A DNA stretch of 64,000 nucleotides, from positions 282,769-346,768 of the forward strand of contig CAWGZA010000003.1 of assembly GCA_963826905.1 (NCBI GenBank), in the 5' to 3' direction. Both the position numbers and the translations under genes were made by a program. A model generated the notes under the pieces. The model searched no databases, was not told the origin of the DNA, and was given only the letters and a program-made list of their open reading frames with translations. Below are positions 18,945-29,391 of the stretch, piece by piece; the first letter of the stretch is position 1, and the number at the start of each line of letters is the position of its first letter. This DNA is from an uncultured Planctomycetaceae bacterium (GTDB taxonomy: Bacteria > Planctomycetota > Planctomycetia > Isosphaerales > Isosphaeraceae).

Positions 18945-20693
18945 ATGATTCGCCCGCTCCTGGTGCTCGCGACGGTCGTCCTGGTGATTCTCGGCGCAGG
19001 GGCCGGGGCCGACGCCGCGGAGCTCCTCGCCCCGGTTCTGGCCCAGGCGCCCAGCATTGTGCGGGGCCCTGGGTTCTACCTGAATCTGTACAAATTCATC
19101 CCCGTGGTGCTGATCTTCCTGCTCTGGACCTGGACCACCGACTGGGTCGAGCACGACACCAAGGAGCTGAACAATGTCAAGTTCGCGCTCTGGAACAGCG
19201 TGGTCTTCTTCTCGGGCTTACTCGGGCTGATCCTGATCTTCGCGATCCCGATTTACCCTCTGAGCCTGGCCCTGCTCTTGCTGGCTTACTTCGTGCCGAT
19301 CCTGGTTTATGCCTATGTTCGCAACCAGACGGTTCCCGACGACCAGAAGGTGCTCACGCCCTATCACCTGGGCGAGGTGGTCAACAGCCTGTTGATGTCG
19401 CTGGGCATCAGGCCCATCTTCAACAAGGACGTGAGCATGGTGGACCGGACCGGGCCGCCGATCACGTTCGTCGGCAAGAGCGCGGGCACCGCCAAGGAAG
19501 ACCCGAGCCGGGTGCATCAGGCCGAGGAATCCCGCTCGTTCATGGCCGCGAAGGAACTGGTGTACGACGCTGTCCTCCGTCGCGCCACGGACATCCACCT
19601 GGAGCCGACCACCGAGCAACTCTCGGTGCGCTACCGCATCGACGGCATTCTGCACGCCGCCGAACCGTTTGACCGGCCCACCGGTGATGCCGTGATCAAC
19701 GTGTTCAAGGTACTCTCGGCGATGGACATCTCCGAGAAGCGCAAGCCCCAGGATGGCTCTTTCGGCGCCAAGCTGCAGGCCCGCGATCTCGATTTTCGCG
19801 TTGCCACTTCGGGCTCGAAGGCCGGCGAGAAGTTGGTGATGCGTATTCTCGACAACTCGGGCTCGATCACCAAGCTGGAAGACCTGGGGATGCGACCCAA
19901 GATCATCGAGCAGGTTCGCAGCCTGGTCACCCAGCCTCACGGCATGTTCCTCTGCTGCGGCCCCACTGGCTCGGGAAAATCGACTACTCTTTACGCCTCG
20001 CTCCGCGAGATCGACCGCTACCAGCGAAACATCATCACGGTCGAGGACCCGATCGAATACCACATGGACAACATCACCCAGATGGAGGTGAACACCAAGG
20101 CCGGGCAAACCTTCGCCACGGCGTTGCGGTCCATTCTGCGGCAAGACCCCGACGTGATCATGATCGGCGAAATCCGCGACCAGGAGACCGCGACGATCGC
20201 TTGCCAGGCCGCCAACACCGGTCACATGGTCTTCTCGACGGTTCACTCCAATGACGCGGTGACCTCACTGTTCCGGCTGCTCGACCTGGGAGTAGAACCC
20301 TTCATGATCTCCTCGGCGCTCACGGCCGTGCTCGGGCAGCGTCTGGTTCGCTTGCTCTGCGAGGCCTGCAAGGAGCCCTACAAGCCGAAGCCCGAGTTCT
20401 TGAAGAAGGCCAACCTGCCGGTCGAAAAGGTCGACGTCTTCTACCGCAGGCCCGAGAACCCGGAGCAGGTTTGCCAGCAGTGCGGCGGGACTGGCTACTT
20501 CGGCCGCACCGGGATCTATGAGCTCCTGGTCATCTCCGAGCCGCTGCGCGAAATGCTCCGCGAGAATCCATCAATCAACAAGATCAAGGCCGAGGCTCGC
20601 AAGAACGGCATGATCTATCTCCAGGAAGACGGTTTGCGCCAGGTTATTCAGGGCAGAACCTCGATCGAGGAATTGCTGCGCGTTGTGAAGTGA
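18945..20693 (+). CDS. GspE/PilB-family secretion ATPase with an N-terminal membrane domain
   Basis: Signal/TM segment plus 3 further predicted TM helices (residues ~1-125), then GspE core: Walker A CCGPTGSGKSTT, then ITVEDPIEY, then IGEIRDQETA, and the tetra-Cys motif CEACKEPY...CQQCGGTGY. Confidence 0.85.
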   Translation: MIRPLLVLATVVLVILGAGAGADAAELLAPVLAQAPSIVRGPGFYLNLYKFIPVVLIFLLWTWTTDWVEHDTKELNNVKFALWNSVVFFSGLLGLILIFAIPIYPLSLALLLLAYFVPILVYAYVRNQTVPDDQKVLTPYHLGEVVNSLLMSLGIRPIFNKDVSMVDRTGPPITFVGKSAGTAKEDPSRVHQAEESRSFMAAKELVYDAVLRRATDIHLEPTTEQLSVRYRIDGILHAAEPFDRPTGDAVINVFKVLSAMDISEKRKPQDGSFGAKLQARDLDFRVATSGSKAGEKLVMRILDNSGSITKLEDLGMRPKIIEQVRSLVTQPHGMFLCCGPTGSGKSTTLYASLREIDRYQRNIITVEDPIEYHMDNITQMEVNTKAGQTFATALRSILRQDPDVIMIGEIRDQETATIACQAANTGHMVFSTVHSNDAVTSLFRLLDLGVEPFMISSALTAVLGQRLVRLLCEACKEPYKPKPEFLKKANLPVEKVDVFYRRPENPEQVCQQCGGTGYFGRTGIYELLVISEPLREMLRENPSINKIKAEARKNGMIYLQEDGLRQVIQGRTSIEELLRVVK

Positions 20694-20801
20694 ACTTGCG
20701 GGAAGCCGACACGAGCAGCCGGGTCGCAAGATAGGTCAGTCGAATCGAAAAACGTTGATCCAAGGCGCCGGCATCTCCACCACAACCAGGAAAACCCATC
20801 C

Positions 20802-21590
20802 ATGTCTGTACCGAGTGTTGTCATCGACCTGGTCATTTCCTTTCTGATTCTGCTGTTGACCTACGCCCTCGCCAGCGAGGGTCTCTGGGGTGCCGCACTG
20901 ATGTTCTTCAACGTCGTCTTCGGCGGCTTGATCGCGTTCAACTTTTATGAGCCTCTGGCCAGGCTGATCGATAGCACCGGCATCGGCTGGGGATTCTCCG
21001 ACACGCTTTCCCTGCTCTCGATCTTCTGTGCCGCCGTGATGCTCTTGCGCATGACGACCGAAACGCTGGCGCCGGCGATGGTCCGGTTTCCCATGCCCGT
21101 CTATCATGGCGGACGGATCTTCTTCGCCCTGGCCACGTCGCTGGTAACCATGGCGATTTTGATTCTCTCGTTTCACACCGCCCCGGTGAACAAGAAGATC
21201 TTCGGGCACATCGACTACAAGTACAAGCCGCCCTTTGGCATGGGGCTTGATCACCAGTGGCTTGGCTTCTTTCAGTACACCACCGGCACGATCTTCGCCC
21301 GGTACGGGTCGGGCACACGTGATCCCTTCGGCGAATATGGCCACAGCGGCAACCAGCGGATTCCGGTGCATGTCTTTGACCCACGGGCGAACTGGCTCCT
21401 CAATCACCAGGAGGTTCGCCCCTACGGGCAGGCGTCGATTCTGACCGACGAGGCTGAGAGCAGCGGTGAATCCGGGGCCAACGCAGGGGCCGCGGGCGGG
21501 GGCGGTCCGGGAGGTCCTCCTGGTGGACCGGGCGGGCCCGGCGGCCGGGGTGGGCGTCCTGCCGGTAAGGGCGGTGGACCGAGAGGGTGA
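20802..21590 (+). CDS. CvpA-family membrane protein with Gly/Pro-rich C-terminal tail
   Basis: Four-TM CvpA-like N-terminus; C-terminus AGGGGPGGPPGGPGGPGGRGGRPAGKGGGPRG. Confidence 0.7.
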   Translation: MSVPSVVIDLVISFLILLLTYALASEGLWGAALMFFNVVFGGLIAFNFYEPLARLIDSTGIGWGFSDTLSLLSIFCAAVMLLRMTTETLAPAMVRFPMPVYHGGRIFFALATSLVTMAILILSFHTAPVNKKIFGHIDYKYKPPFGMGLDHQWLGFFQYTTGTIFARYGSGTRDPFGEYGHSGNQRIPVHVFDPRANWLLNHQEVRPYGQASILTDEAESSGESGANAGAAGGGGPGGPPGGPGGPGGRGGRPAGKGGGPRG

Positions 21591-21663
21591 TAGCAAGCCG
21601 TGCCTTGCTGAAGCTGCCCGGCTTGCTCGTGGCGGCCGAACGAACTTGGCGGGGGACCGGATT

Positions 21664-22212
21664 TCACCGGCTCGTTGGACTGGTCCCTTCGACTTTTGCC
21701 AGCGAGCGCTTCTCGACCAGTTCAAGCCGTGTGCTGGCCGTCGTTCCGATCGTCTGCTGAAGGATGCGATAGATCATGAGCTGGCTGGTTGAAGTCTCGA
21801 ATACATAGAGCGGCGCCCACCCTGCACTGTAGGCGCCCAGCGCTCCGGTGGTCATGAGGAAATGGGGCTTCGGCCCTCGATCCAGGTCGAGCTTGAAATC
21901 AGCAACCAGGTCTCGCTCGGCGAACGCTCCAAGGTAGCGCGAACTGCCCACGGTTCCCTGGAGTGAAGGAACGGTTCCCAGCAATCGGCCTGCCCTGTAA
22001 TCAAGGAGATAGATGGCCTCGAGCGGAATCTGGACCTTGCTGCCCTCGTCATAGCGAATCAATACCGGCCCGGTGGCAACGATGGAATCTCCGGAACGGT
22101 CTCCACCGCCGGCCCGAATCTGGCCGGGGCGAATGTTCGCAAGCCCCCAACCCAGCAGGAGTCCGAGTGCCAGAAGAGCCACGTTGGGAATGCGGGGACG
22201 CGAGAGCACCAT
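21664..22212 (-). CDS. Hypothetical secreted or membrane-anchored protein
   Basis: N-terminal hydrophobic segment VALLALGLLLGWGLA; codon usage consistent with coding; no family recognised. Confidence 0.45.
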   Translation of the reverse strand: MVLSRPRIPNVALLALGLLLGWGLANIRPGQIRAGGGDRSGDSIVATGPVLIRYDEGSKVQIPLEAIYLLDYRAGRLLGTVPSLQGTVGSSRYLGAFAERDLVADFKLDLDRGPKPHFLMTTGALGAYSAGWAPLYVFETSTSQLMIYRILQQTIGTTASTRLELVEKRSLAKVEGTSPTSR

Positions 22213-22454
22213 GACCCACCCAATCCTTTCGCTAGCCCTGGAAACCGCGTTCGAACGGGGACTTGCCGATCGCGAGCGGCATTGTGCGACGGATCGCCCT
22301 ACGCGTCCAGATCAACCCAGAGTACCAGCCGGCATACGATTCCCCGTGCCTCAAGACTTTCGGGAGGTGACGTGGAGACCGAATAGACTGGCATCTGGTA
22401 ACGTCAGGATCGTTGGTGGCCCACCGTCTGCTCAACCTGAAACGTAAAGGCGGA

Positions 22455-24035
22455 ATGATCACGATGCTTCCCATTGCGTGGATGATCGGCCTCTCGCTCA
22501 TACTGCAGGTCCCACCTCCCGACACTGGCCCGTCGCTTTCGGTGGAACTGAAGGCCTCACAACGAGCGATCGAGGAACGGGAGGCCAAATCGCTGGAAAG
22601 TCTGGCAACTAACCTCACCGGCGATGGGATGGCCCGGGTGCGGTCGGAGGTACGTGGTCTTCTACCACGCCCTGGTCCGCACAATGGTGCCAGCCGGCTG
22701 ATGCCTTTGCCCGAAGTTGTTACCCCCCAGGGAAGAGGACTGGCAAGTGTGAGCAGTGAAGCCGGCAGAGCTGCCGGCAAAGGCTCGGCGCGGGACTGGT
22801 CGGTTCAGGTCCGGGAGATCCGTCTCAAGTCGGCATCCGAGCTGTTCGAGCTTGCAAAGCGGGCGGCGGCGTCCAAACCGCCGGTTTATTCCCATGCCGC
22901 ACTCTGTCTCCGCGAGCTCCTCGCTCGCCAGCCGGACCATGCGGAGGCGCGCAGGCTGCTGGGCTATGTCCCGTACGGGGGGGGCTGGGCACGACCGTTC
23001 GCCGTCCGCCAGCTCAAGGAAGGCAACGTCAATCATCCCATTTTCGGCTGGGTTCCGGCTCACTGGGTCGCGCATCTGGACCAGGGCGAGCTGCCCGCTT
23101 ACTCGGTTCGCGGTCAAAAGCAGGTCCGCTGGCTTCCTGCGGAGGAAGCCGATCGGTTGCGGTCGAACTGGAATAACCCCTGGCAAGTCGCCACCGAGCA
23201 CTTCGAGATCCAGAGCGATGCCCCGCTCAGCGAGACCATCGAGTTCGCTCGCAGGCTCGAGGCGTTTTACGACGTCTTCTTCACGCTCTTCGCCGACCTG
23301 GTGGGCGAGAACCTGCCCCTGGCCCGACGATTTCGTTCTGCTACTCTCGCTGGCGAGGCGTCTTACCGACCACACCAGATTTACTATTTTGCGAACAAGG
23401 ACGAGTACGTCGCCCACCTCGCGCCACTGGCCGGCGCCGACATCAGTGAGAGCCTGGGCTACTACAATCCGCCCCGGTCAGGGAAGGGAAATCGGGCCAT
23501 CGCCTACTTTTTCCGGGATCTCGGCGGCCAGCTTCCCGTCACGGCTACCCTCTACCACGAGGTCTCGCACCAGCTTCTCTTCGAGACCGCAGGCCCCAAT
23601 GCCTACATGAAGAATGTCGGCAATTACTGGGTCTTCGAGGGGTTGGGAACCTATTTTGAAACTGTGATCCCCCAGCCCGACGGTTCTCTCGAGATCGGCG
23701 GCCTGGTCGGCGATCGACTGGCCGCGGCGCAGCGGTCACTCGCCGACGGCCAGTTCTTGCCGCTCGAGCAGTTCGTCATGCTCGATCAGAATGCGTTCAA
23801 TCGTCGCGATCGCGTGCATGCCAATTATCAGCAAGCCGAGGCGTTGGCGGTCTTCCTCATGCAGTGGAAAGACGGAACCTATCGCGACGATTTCCTCGAC
23901 TACGTCAAGGATGCGTACCGAGGCAGGATCAAGCGCACCACGGGGCGCTCTCTGGAGGACAGGCTGGGCCAGCCCATGCAGGTCGTCGAGACCCAGTTGC
24001 GGAGCTTTCTCGCAAAGGCCGGCCCCATTCGTTAA
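22455..24035 (+). CDS. DUF1570-domain protein, predicted secreted HExxH metallopeptidase-like
   Basis: Signal peptide MITMLPIAWMIGLSLILQ; YHEVSHQ motif in a DUF1570-like context. Confidence 0.7.
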   Translation: MITMLPIAWMIGLSLILQVPPPDTGPSLSVELKASQRAIEEREAKSLESLATNLTGDGMARVRSEVRGLLPRPGPHNGASRLMPLPEVVTPQGRGLASVSSEAGRAAGKGSARDWSVQVREIRLKSASELFELAKRAAASKPPVYSHAALCLRELLARQPDHAEARRLLGYVPYGGGWARPFAVRQLKEGNVNHPIFGWVPAHWVAHLDQGELPAYSVRGQKQVRWLPAEEADRLRSNWNNPWQVATEHFEIQSDAPLSETIEFARRLEAFYDVFFTLFADLVGENLPLARRFRSATLAGEASYRPHQIYYFANKDEYVAHLAPLAGADISESLGYYNPPRSGKGNRAIAYFFRDLGGQLPVTATLYHEVSHQLLFETAGPNAYMKNVGNYWVFEGLGTYFETVIPQPDGSLEIGGLVGDRLAAAQRSLADGQFLPLEQFVMLDQNAFNRRDRVHANYQQAEALAVFLMQWKDGTYRDDFLDYVKDAYRGRIKRTTGRSLEDRLGQPMQVVETQLRSFLAKAGPIR

Positions 24036-24053
24036 GCACGCGAGCCAAACGGG

Positions 24054-24296
24054 TTACTCACCGACGTACGGCAGCAACGCCATGAACCGCGCACGCTTCA
24101 CAGCAGCGCTCGAGGCTCGTTGAAACGCCGCGCAGTTGCCGCTGCGTTTGCGCGAGAACATCTTGCTCTGGTTGGTGCAAAGCTTCTTGAGCAGGCCGAT
24201 GTCCTTGTAGTCGACATATGCCGGGCGGGGGCAGCCTTCGGGCGTGCAAAAACGACAGCGATTCTTACGGTTGCGACCAAACTTTTTCCGGGGCAT
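24054..24296 (-). CDS. rpsR: 30S ribosomal protein S18
   Basis: MPRKKFGRNRKNRCRFC...YVDYKDIGLLKKL...AVKRARFMALLPY is the bS18 signature. Confidence 0.85.
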   Translation of the reverse strand: MPRKKFGRNRKNRCRFCTPEGCPRPAYVDYKDIGLLKKLCTNQSKMFSRKRSGNCAAFQRASSAAVKRARFMALLPYVGE

Positions 24297-24762
24297 AAAC
24301 CTTATATCCTCAGACCGTTGCGAACGAAATTCCTCAACATGCGGGAGACTCAATCGCTGCCCTGCTGCTGGAGGAGAGTTTCAGCAATCGCGGAACCTAA
24401 CAACCTATTCGAAAAGCCGGTTCCAGTCAAGCCCGCAGGGAGTTCGACTCAGAGAACGAAGGCTGTATGGACTTCGCCCCCGCCATGGAGCACGAAATCC
24501 TGCTCCCTCGCTTTCATTCCGGCTCGCTCGGGAATTCCTGATCCTTCGGGGAACGTTCACGCCGTTTCCACGCCTATCTCTCATAACGCCGCCTTCGCCT
24601 TCGAGCGCTGCGCCTCGTTGCAGAATCTCGGGGCCGAGGCTTGCATGGCGGTCACTTCAATGGGACTGTAGCCAGCAGGCCGAGATCGCCCCGGGGGAAG
24701 GCGATCGCGTCCGTCGGCCTGCCGGATATACCCTTCATCATCAGGAAATTCCGAGCTTGCTC

Positions 24763-26354
24763 ATGAAAACCAACGATTCACGACCCGGAAACACCAACGA
24801 CCCCGGCAATTCTGCTCGGCCACGCGGCCTTTCACGCCGCCAGCTCATGATGGCCGGCGGCGCGGCCGCCACCGCCTTCACCATCGTGCCGCGGCACGTG
24901 CTGGGCGGCGCGGGATATGTCGCGCCCAGCGAGAAGATTACCCTGGCCTGCATCGGCTTCGGCACCCAGGCGATCCGCGAAATCGGCGGAATTCTCGCCA
25001 GCCCGGACGTCCAGATCATCGCCGTGTGCGACGTCGAGAAGGATGGCGTCCATTACCTGGAATGGGGCAAGAACGAGATCCGCAACGGGATCCGGCGGCT
25101 CATCGACACCCCGGGCTGGAGAGAAGGCTTCAACCACGTGCCGGGCGGACGCGATGTCGGCAAGGAGGTCGTGGAAACGTATTACGCCAAGCAGCGCGAC
25201 AAGGATCATTACAAGGGCTGCGCCACCTACGTGGATTTCCGCGAACTGCTGGAAAACGAGAAGGACGTGACCGCTGTCAAGGTGATGACGCCCGACCACA
25301 CCCATGCGCCCATCGCGTCGGCGGCCCTCAAGAAAGGCATGAACGTGATCGTGCACAAGCCGCTGGCGAACCGTCTGCTGGAAGCCAGGGCGGTCATCGA
25401 GGAGGCACGCTCCAAGAAACTGGCCACGCACTTCATGCCGGCCAGTCAGGGCATGGGCCAGAAACAGGCCGTCGACATGATCAAGAATGGCGCCATCGGC
25501 ACGCTCCGGGAGATCCACAACTGGTCGATGCGGCCGATGTGGCCCCAGTTTCCGACCCTGCCGACCGACAAACCTCCCATCCCCGCGGGCTTTGACTGGA
25601 CCCTCTGGCTCGGCCCCGCGCTGGATCGCCCCTATCATCCCAATTACACCCACACCAATTTCCGCGGCTGGTACGAGTTTGGCGGCGGGTCGATCGCCGA
25701 CATGGGGCATTACAGCCTCTGGCCGATTTTCCAGCTTCTCGACCTCGATTCGCCGATCAGCGTGGAATCGACACCAAGCCACGTTTGCAAGATTTCGGAT
25801 GACGTGTGCCTGCGGATCAAGAACGACTACTCATTCCCCGCCGCCTGCACGATCCGCTTGCGGTTCGCACCCAAGGGAGATCGGGCGGGACTGGACATCC
25901 TCTGGTATGACGGCGGCATCAAGCCGCCCGTGCCCGAGGAACTGATGGCCGACGACCAGGAATTGCCGGAAGAAGGCATGATGTTCGTCGGCGACAAGGG
26001 CAAGATCCTGGGCGGATTTCGCAGCGAGAATCCGCAGTTGATTCCGGAGTCGCGGATGCCGCATATCGAACGGCGAACCACTTGCCAGAGCCAGCGCGGC
26101 GACAGTCAGGCGCGGGTCGCCAGGGCGGCGGATTTCGCAACTCCGCATGGATCTCGGCCTTCAAGGGAGGCCCGGCCAGTTACGGTGACTTCCTGCTCGC
26201 GGGCCCGATCAGCGATGCCATGAACCTGGCATCCATCTCGCTACGGCTGGGCGGCCGACGACTTCATTTCGATTCCGCCAAGGCGAAGATCACCAACATC
26301 GCCGAGGCCAACCGGTTTCTCACACGCGAATATCGTCCGGGCTGGGAACTTTGA
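24763..26354 (+). CDS. Gfo/Idh/MocA-family oxidoreductase with Tat signal, one frameshift near 26070
   Basis: RRQLMMAGGAAATAFTIV is a Tat signal. Rossmann segment ACIGFGTQAIRE...AVCDVEK, and the family's conserved C-terminus ...ITNIAEANRFLTREYRPGWEL is in a shifted frame. Confidence 0.8.
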
Positions 26355-26368
26355 AAGGAGAACTGTAC

Positions 26369-27278
26369 ATGGCTGCGATGTCGAGACGAGAGTTCATGGA
26401 GCGGCGCGGCAGTCTGCACCGGCGCGGCCGGCTTGCTGGTCGTGCAGGCCAAGGAGCTGAGGGCCAGCCCGCTGGGTCTGCCGATCGGCAGCCAGGTCTA
26501 TCCCCTGCGCCCGATGCTCAAAGACTTTCCCGCGTTCGTCAAGACGATCGCCGAGATCGGCGTGACCAGGCTCGAGCTCTGCTCGCCGATTGGCTACGGT
26601 GCCGAATTCGCTTCGCTTGCCGATGGCAAAGAGATCAAGAAGATCATGGCCGACCATGGTGTCAAGGCCGAGAGTTCTCACTTCTCGATGGATGAACTGC
26701 GGCACAACCAGGCGAAGAGCATCGCGTGGGCCAGGGAAGTTGGCATCACTCAGATGATCACCGCAACCCTGGGCGGAGCGAGCACCCCGACGCTCGACCA
26801 GGTGAAAAAGGCGGCCGACGAGTACAACAAGATCGCCGCCGTGGCGGCCGAGGCCGGCATGCAGCAGGGCCTGCACAACGAGGGCTTCGAGGTCTCGATG
26901 GTCGATGGCAAGCGGACCTACGACCTGTTGCTTGAGCTGCTCGATCCCAAGCTTGTCACGTTCCAGTTCCAGATGTCCACGATCACGGCCGGCCTGGTGG
27001 CAGCCGACTACTTCATGAAATACCCGGGCCGCTTCAACTCGATGCATCTTCAAGACGTGGACATGAAGGCCTCTGCTCCGTCATCCAAGAGCGCCTGGCG
27101 GGCGAGGTGGGCGTCGCCGCGGAGAACGTCACCCGCAGGTTGCCCTCGGCCAGGGCAGCATTGACTGGGTGAAGACCTTCACCGCCGCGAAGACCGGCGG
27201 GGTCAAGAGCTACTATGTCGAGCAAAGCTGGGAGCTGACCAAGCCGAGTGTCGCGTATCTCAAGACCCTCGACGTTTG
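26369..27278 (+). CDS. Sugar-phosphate isomerase/epimerase (xylose-isomerase-like TIM barrel) with Tat signal, ~3 frameshifts
   Basis: AGGAG RBS before the ATG; SRREFMER Tat motif; TIM-barrel core (VTRLELCSP...MITATLGG...); C-terminus IDWVKTFTAAKTGGVKSYYVEQSWELTKPSVAYLKTLDV recovered across two more frame switches. Confidence 0.7.
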
Positions 27279-27367
27279 ATCGCCGCCGCGTTCTTGACTG
27301 CATCCCGAAAGAACCGGCCCGCGCCGGGGCCAGTCAGGCCGGCTCCGGTGCGGCGCGGTTGGGGGCA

Positions 27368-27586
27368 TCACTCCTGTCCCTCGTACTTGAAGGAGACTCG
27401 AATCTTCGCGCGGTACGCCTCGATCGAGCCATCCTTGGCGATATGGGCGTCCAGTTGAATGACCTCGGCAACCCGTAAATCGCGGAGCGAGCCCGAGGCC
27501 AGCTTGACCGCCGAGCCCACGGCTTTCTCCCACGATTCAGGACTCGACCCCACCAGCTCGATCACCTTGTAAACGCTGTTTGGCAT
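27368..27586 (-). CDS. Dodecin-family flavin-binding protein
   Basis: 72 aa: MPNSVYKVIELVGSSPESWEKAV...LRDLRVAEVIQLDAHIAKDGSIEAYRAKIRVSF. Confidence 0.8.
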   Translation of the reverse strand: MPNSVYKVIELVGSSPESWEKAVGSAVKLASGSLRDLRVAEVIQLDAHIAKDGSIEAYRAKIRVSFKYEGQE

Positions 27587-27941
27587 GTCATTCTCCCTTC
27601 AGGATAGCTAAAAAAAGTCCGGGGCGGAGATGGCAACTCTTCGAGTATCGAGGGCCTCCGACCTACAGTCCAGCCCCCGTCATTTGCCCTCGGGCCAGGA
27701 GTGAGTTGAGACGCCGCAAGCCGGTCGTTCCCAGGCGGACACGCATTCATCATAAGCAGCGCGGCGGTTGCACTCCAGGCTCTGGTGGAATCACCGCGAA
27801 TCCGGCATGGGACTTGCCTTGATCCATCTGGTTCGCCGTCCAAGATCGACCCGAAAGACGCATGCCTGGCTGAGCACACGATGACCTGCGCGGGCGCATG
27901 CTGAGAACCTGGCGGCAGCCGAAACACCAGGGGGCAAAGCG

Positions 27942-28655
27942 ATGAAGACACCGAGCCCAGAAGCCACCACGAACGATCCGAGTTTGATTCAGGTCACGAC
28001 GGCCGCCTCATCGCCGACCACGGTGAATGGCGCCGGCGCGCCGGTTTCTCCCGTCGGCGTGCCGGGCTCTTCCGGAGCATCAGTTTCTGCTGGCTCACCG
28101 GTTTCCACCGGGCAAGAACAGTCCCTGGGAGTGGGTACCGAGGGAGAGGTTTCCGTCTGGAAGGGACGATACTCGTTCAAAAACTTCTATGTGCGGATCG
28201 TGGTCCGCCTGGTCGTGACCGCGGCGTGGCTGGTTTTGCTCGCCTTTCTGGGCGACCGTTATCACTTCCCCGGCTACCGCGGCTGGGACCTGTTCGTCCT
28301 GGGCACTGGCGCGGCGGTGGGCTTGTTCTGGCTGGCGCTCGGCTGGCAGATCCTCCGCGCCCGGTTGGGACATCGGTATGAACTGACTAATCGGCGGCTG
28401 TTCGTGAGCACCGGGTTCTTTCGCCGCCGCCGCGATCAGATCGAATTGCTCCGGGTGCAGGACGTCTATGTCAAGCAGGAGGGTTTGTTCTACCGCTTGC
28501 TGAACGTGGGCACCGTGGTCATCGAGTCGAGCGAGGAGCGGCTTCCCGTTCATTACCTCACAGGAGTGAGCGATCCCAAGAGCCTTATGGATTTGGTCTG
28601 GCACCACGCTCGTAAAGAGCGCGACCTGCGCAGCGTCAAGGTGGATCAGGTCTGA
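27942..28655 (+). CDS. Bacterial PH-domain (YdbS/YdbT-like) membrane protein with a Ser/Pro-rich N-terminus
   Basis: Two TM helices then a bPH-like region (RRLFVSTGFFRRRRDQIELLRVQDVYVKQEGLFYRLLNVGTVVIES). Confidence 0.65.
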   Translation: MKTPSPEATTNDPSLIQVTTAASSPTTVNGAGAPVSPVGVPGSSGASVSAGSPVSTGQEQSLGVGTEGEVSVWKGRYSFKNFYVRIVVRLVVTAAWLVLLAFLGDRYHFPGYRGWDLFVLGTGAAVGLFWLALGWQILRARLGHRYELTNRRLFVSTGFFRRRRDQIELLRVQDVYVKQEGLFYRLLNVGTVVIESSEERLPVHYLTGVSDPKSLMDLVWHHARKERDLRSVKVDQV

Positions 28656-28690
28656 GCAAAGTCCGTGAATTCAACCCGGCGTGGGCCAGA

Positions 28691-29236
28691 TCAGGGAATA
28701 TGCTTGTCGGATTGATCCGGGGGAGTCGGGAACGGCAAGACATCCGGATCCGATTGGTCGCTTGCTGTCTGGTCCTCGGGCGGGCTGGCGCTGGTAGCTG
28801 GCTTCGCGCGTGGCTCCTCCGGCCGCTCGTTGCCCTGGCCCATGAACTGTAGCAGGATCTGGTTCGAGGACGTGCTGGCGCGGTCAGGTCTTTCCTGATC
28901 AACGGCTGTGACACTGGTTCCGACGGGAGCATCGACAAAGAAAAGAACCCGGGTTTTGTCGGCATCCACCACGCCCAGGCTCACGGATTCGCCCAGCGGC
29001 ACAATCTGCTGATTGACCAGGGTCATATGGAAGACATCCATGCCCACCGGACCTGTCCTGGAGGTTGAATCCTGTCGATCTCGCGTCTCTTTCCTGACGA
29101 CCCCGTGGGGCAGTTGCAGGCTGCGAGGGGCCATCAACCGAACCCGGACCGTGGCCTTCGCCATGTTCACGACTTCGATCCGGATCAGACTATCGATCAG
29201 GATCGCCTCGCTCTTCTTGCGTGACAAAACCAACAT
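28691..29236 (-). CDS. csrA: CsrA-family RNA-binding regulator homolog with ~120-aa acidic/Pro-rich C-terminal extension
   Basis: N-terminus MLVLSRKKSEAILIDSLIRIEVVNMAKATVRVRLMAPRSLQLPHGVVRKE aligns with the CsrA consensus MLVLTRKVGESIxIGDdIxITVL...VRLGIeAPrevxVHReEvY. Start codon verified at 29234-29236. Confidence 0.6.
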   Translation of the reverse strand: MLVLSRKKSEAILIDSLIRIEVVNMAKATVRVRLMAPRSLQLPHGVVRKETRDRQDSTSRTGPVGMDVFHMTLVNQQIVPLGESVSLGVVDADKTRVLFFVDAPVGTSVTAVDQERPDRASTSSNQILLQFMGQGNERPEEPRAKPATSASPPEDQTASDQSDPDVLPFPTPPDQSDKHIP

Positions 29237-29391
29237 GCAGCCCTTCCGATGGTGCTGGCCGCGACCTGCCCGACGCGAGAGTCGCCGCGGGGCTCGAAGC
29301 AGACTCGACCTCCGGCTATCAACAGGCTGGCCGGGCAAGCAATTCCGGCTTACCCGGTCCGCTCTCTTGCAGACACGCCCGGCGGGCCCCG

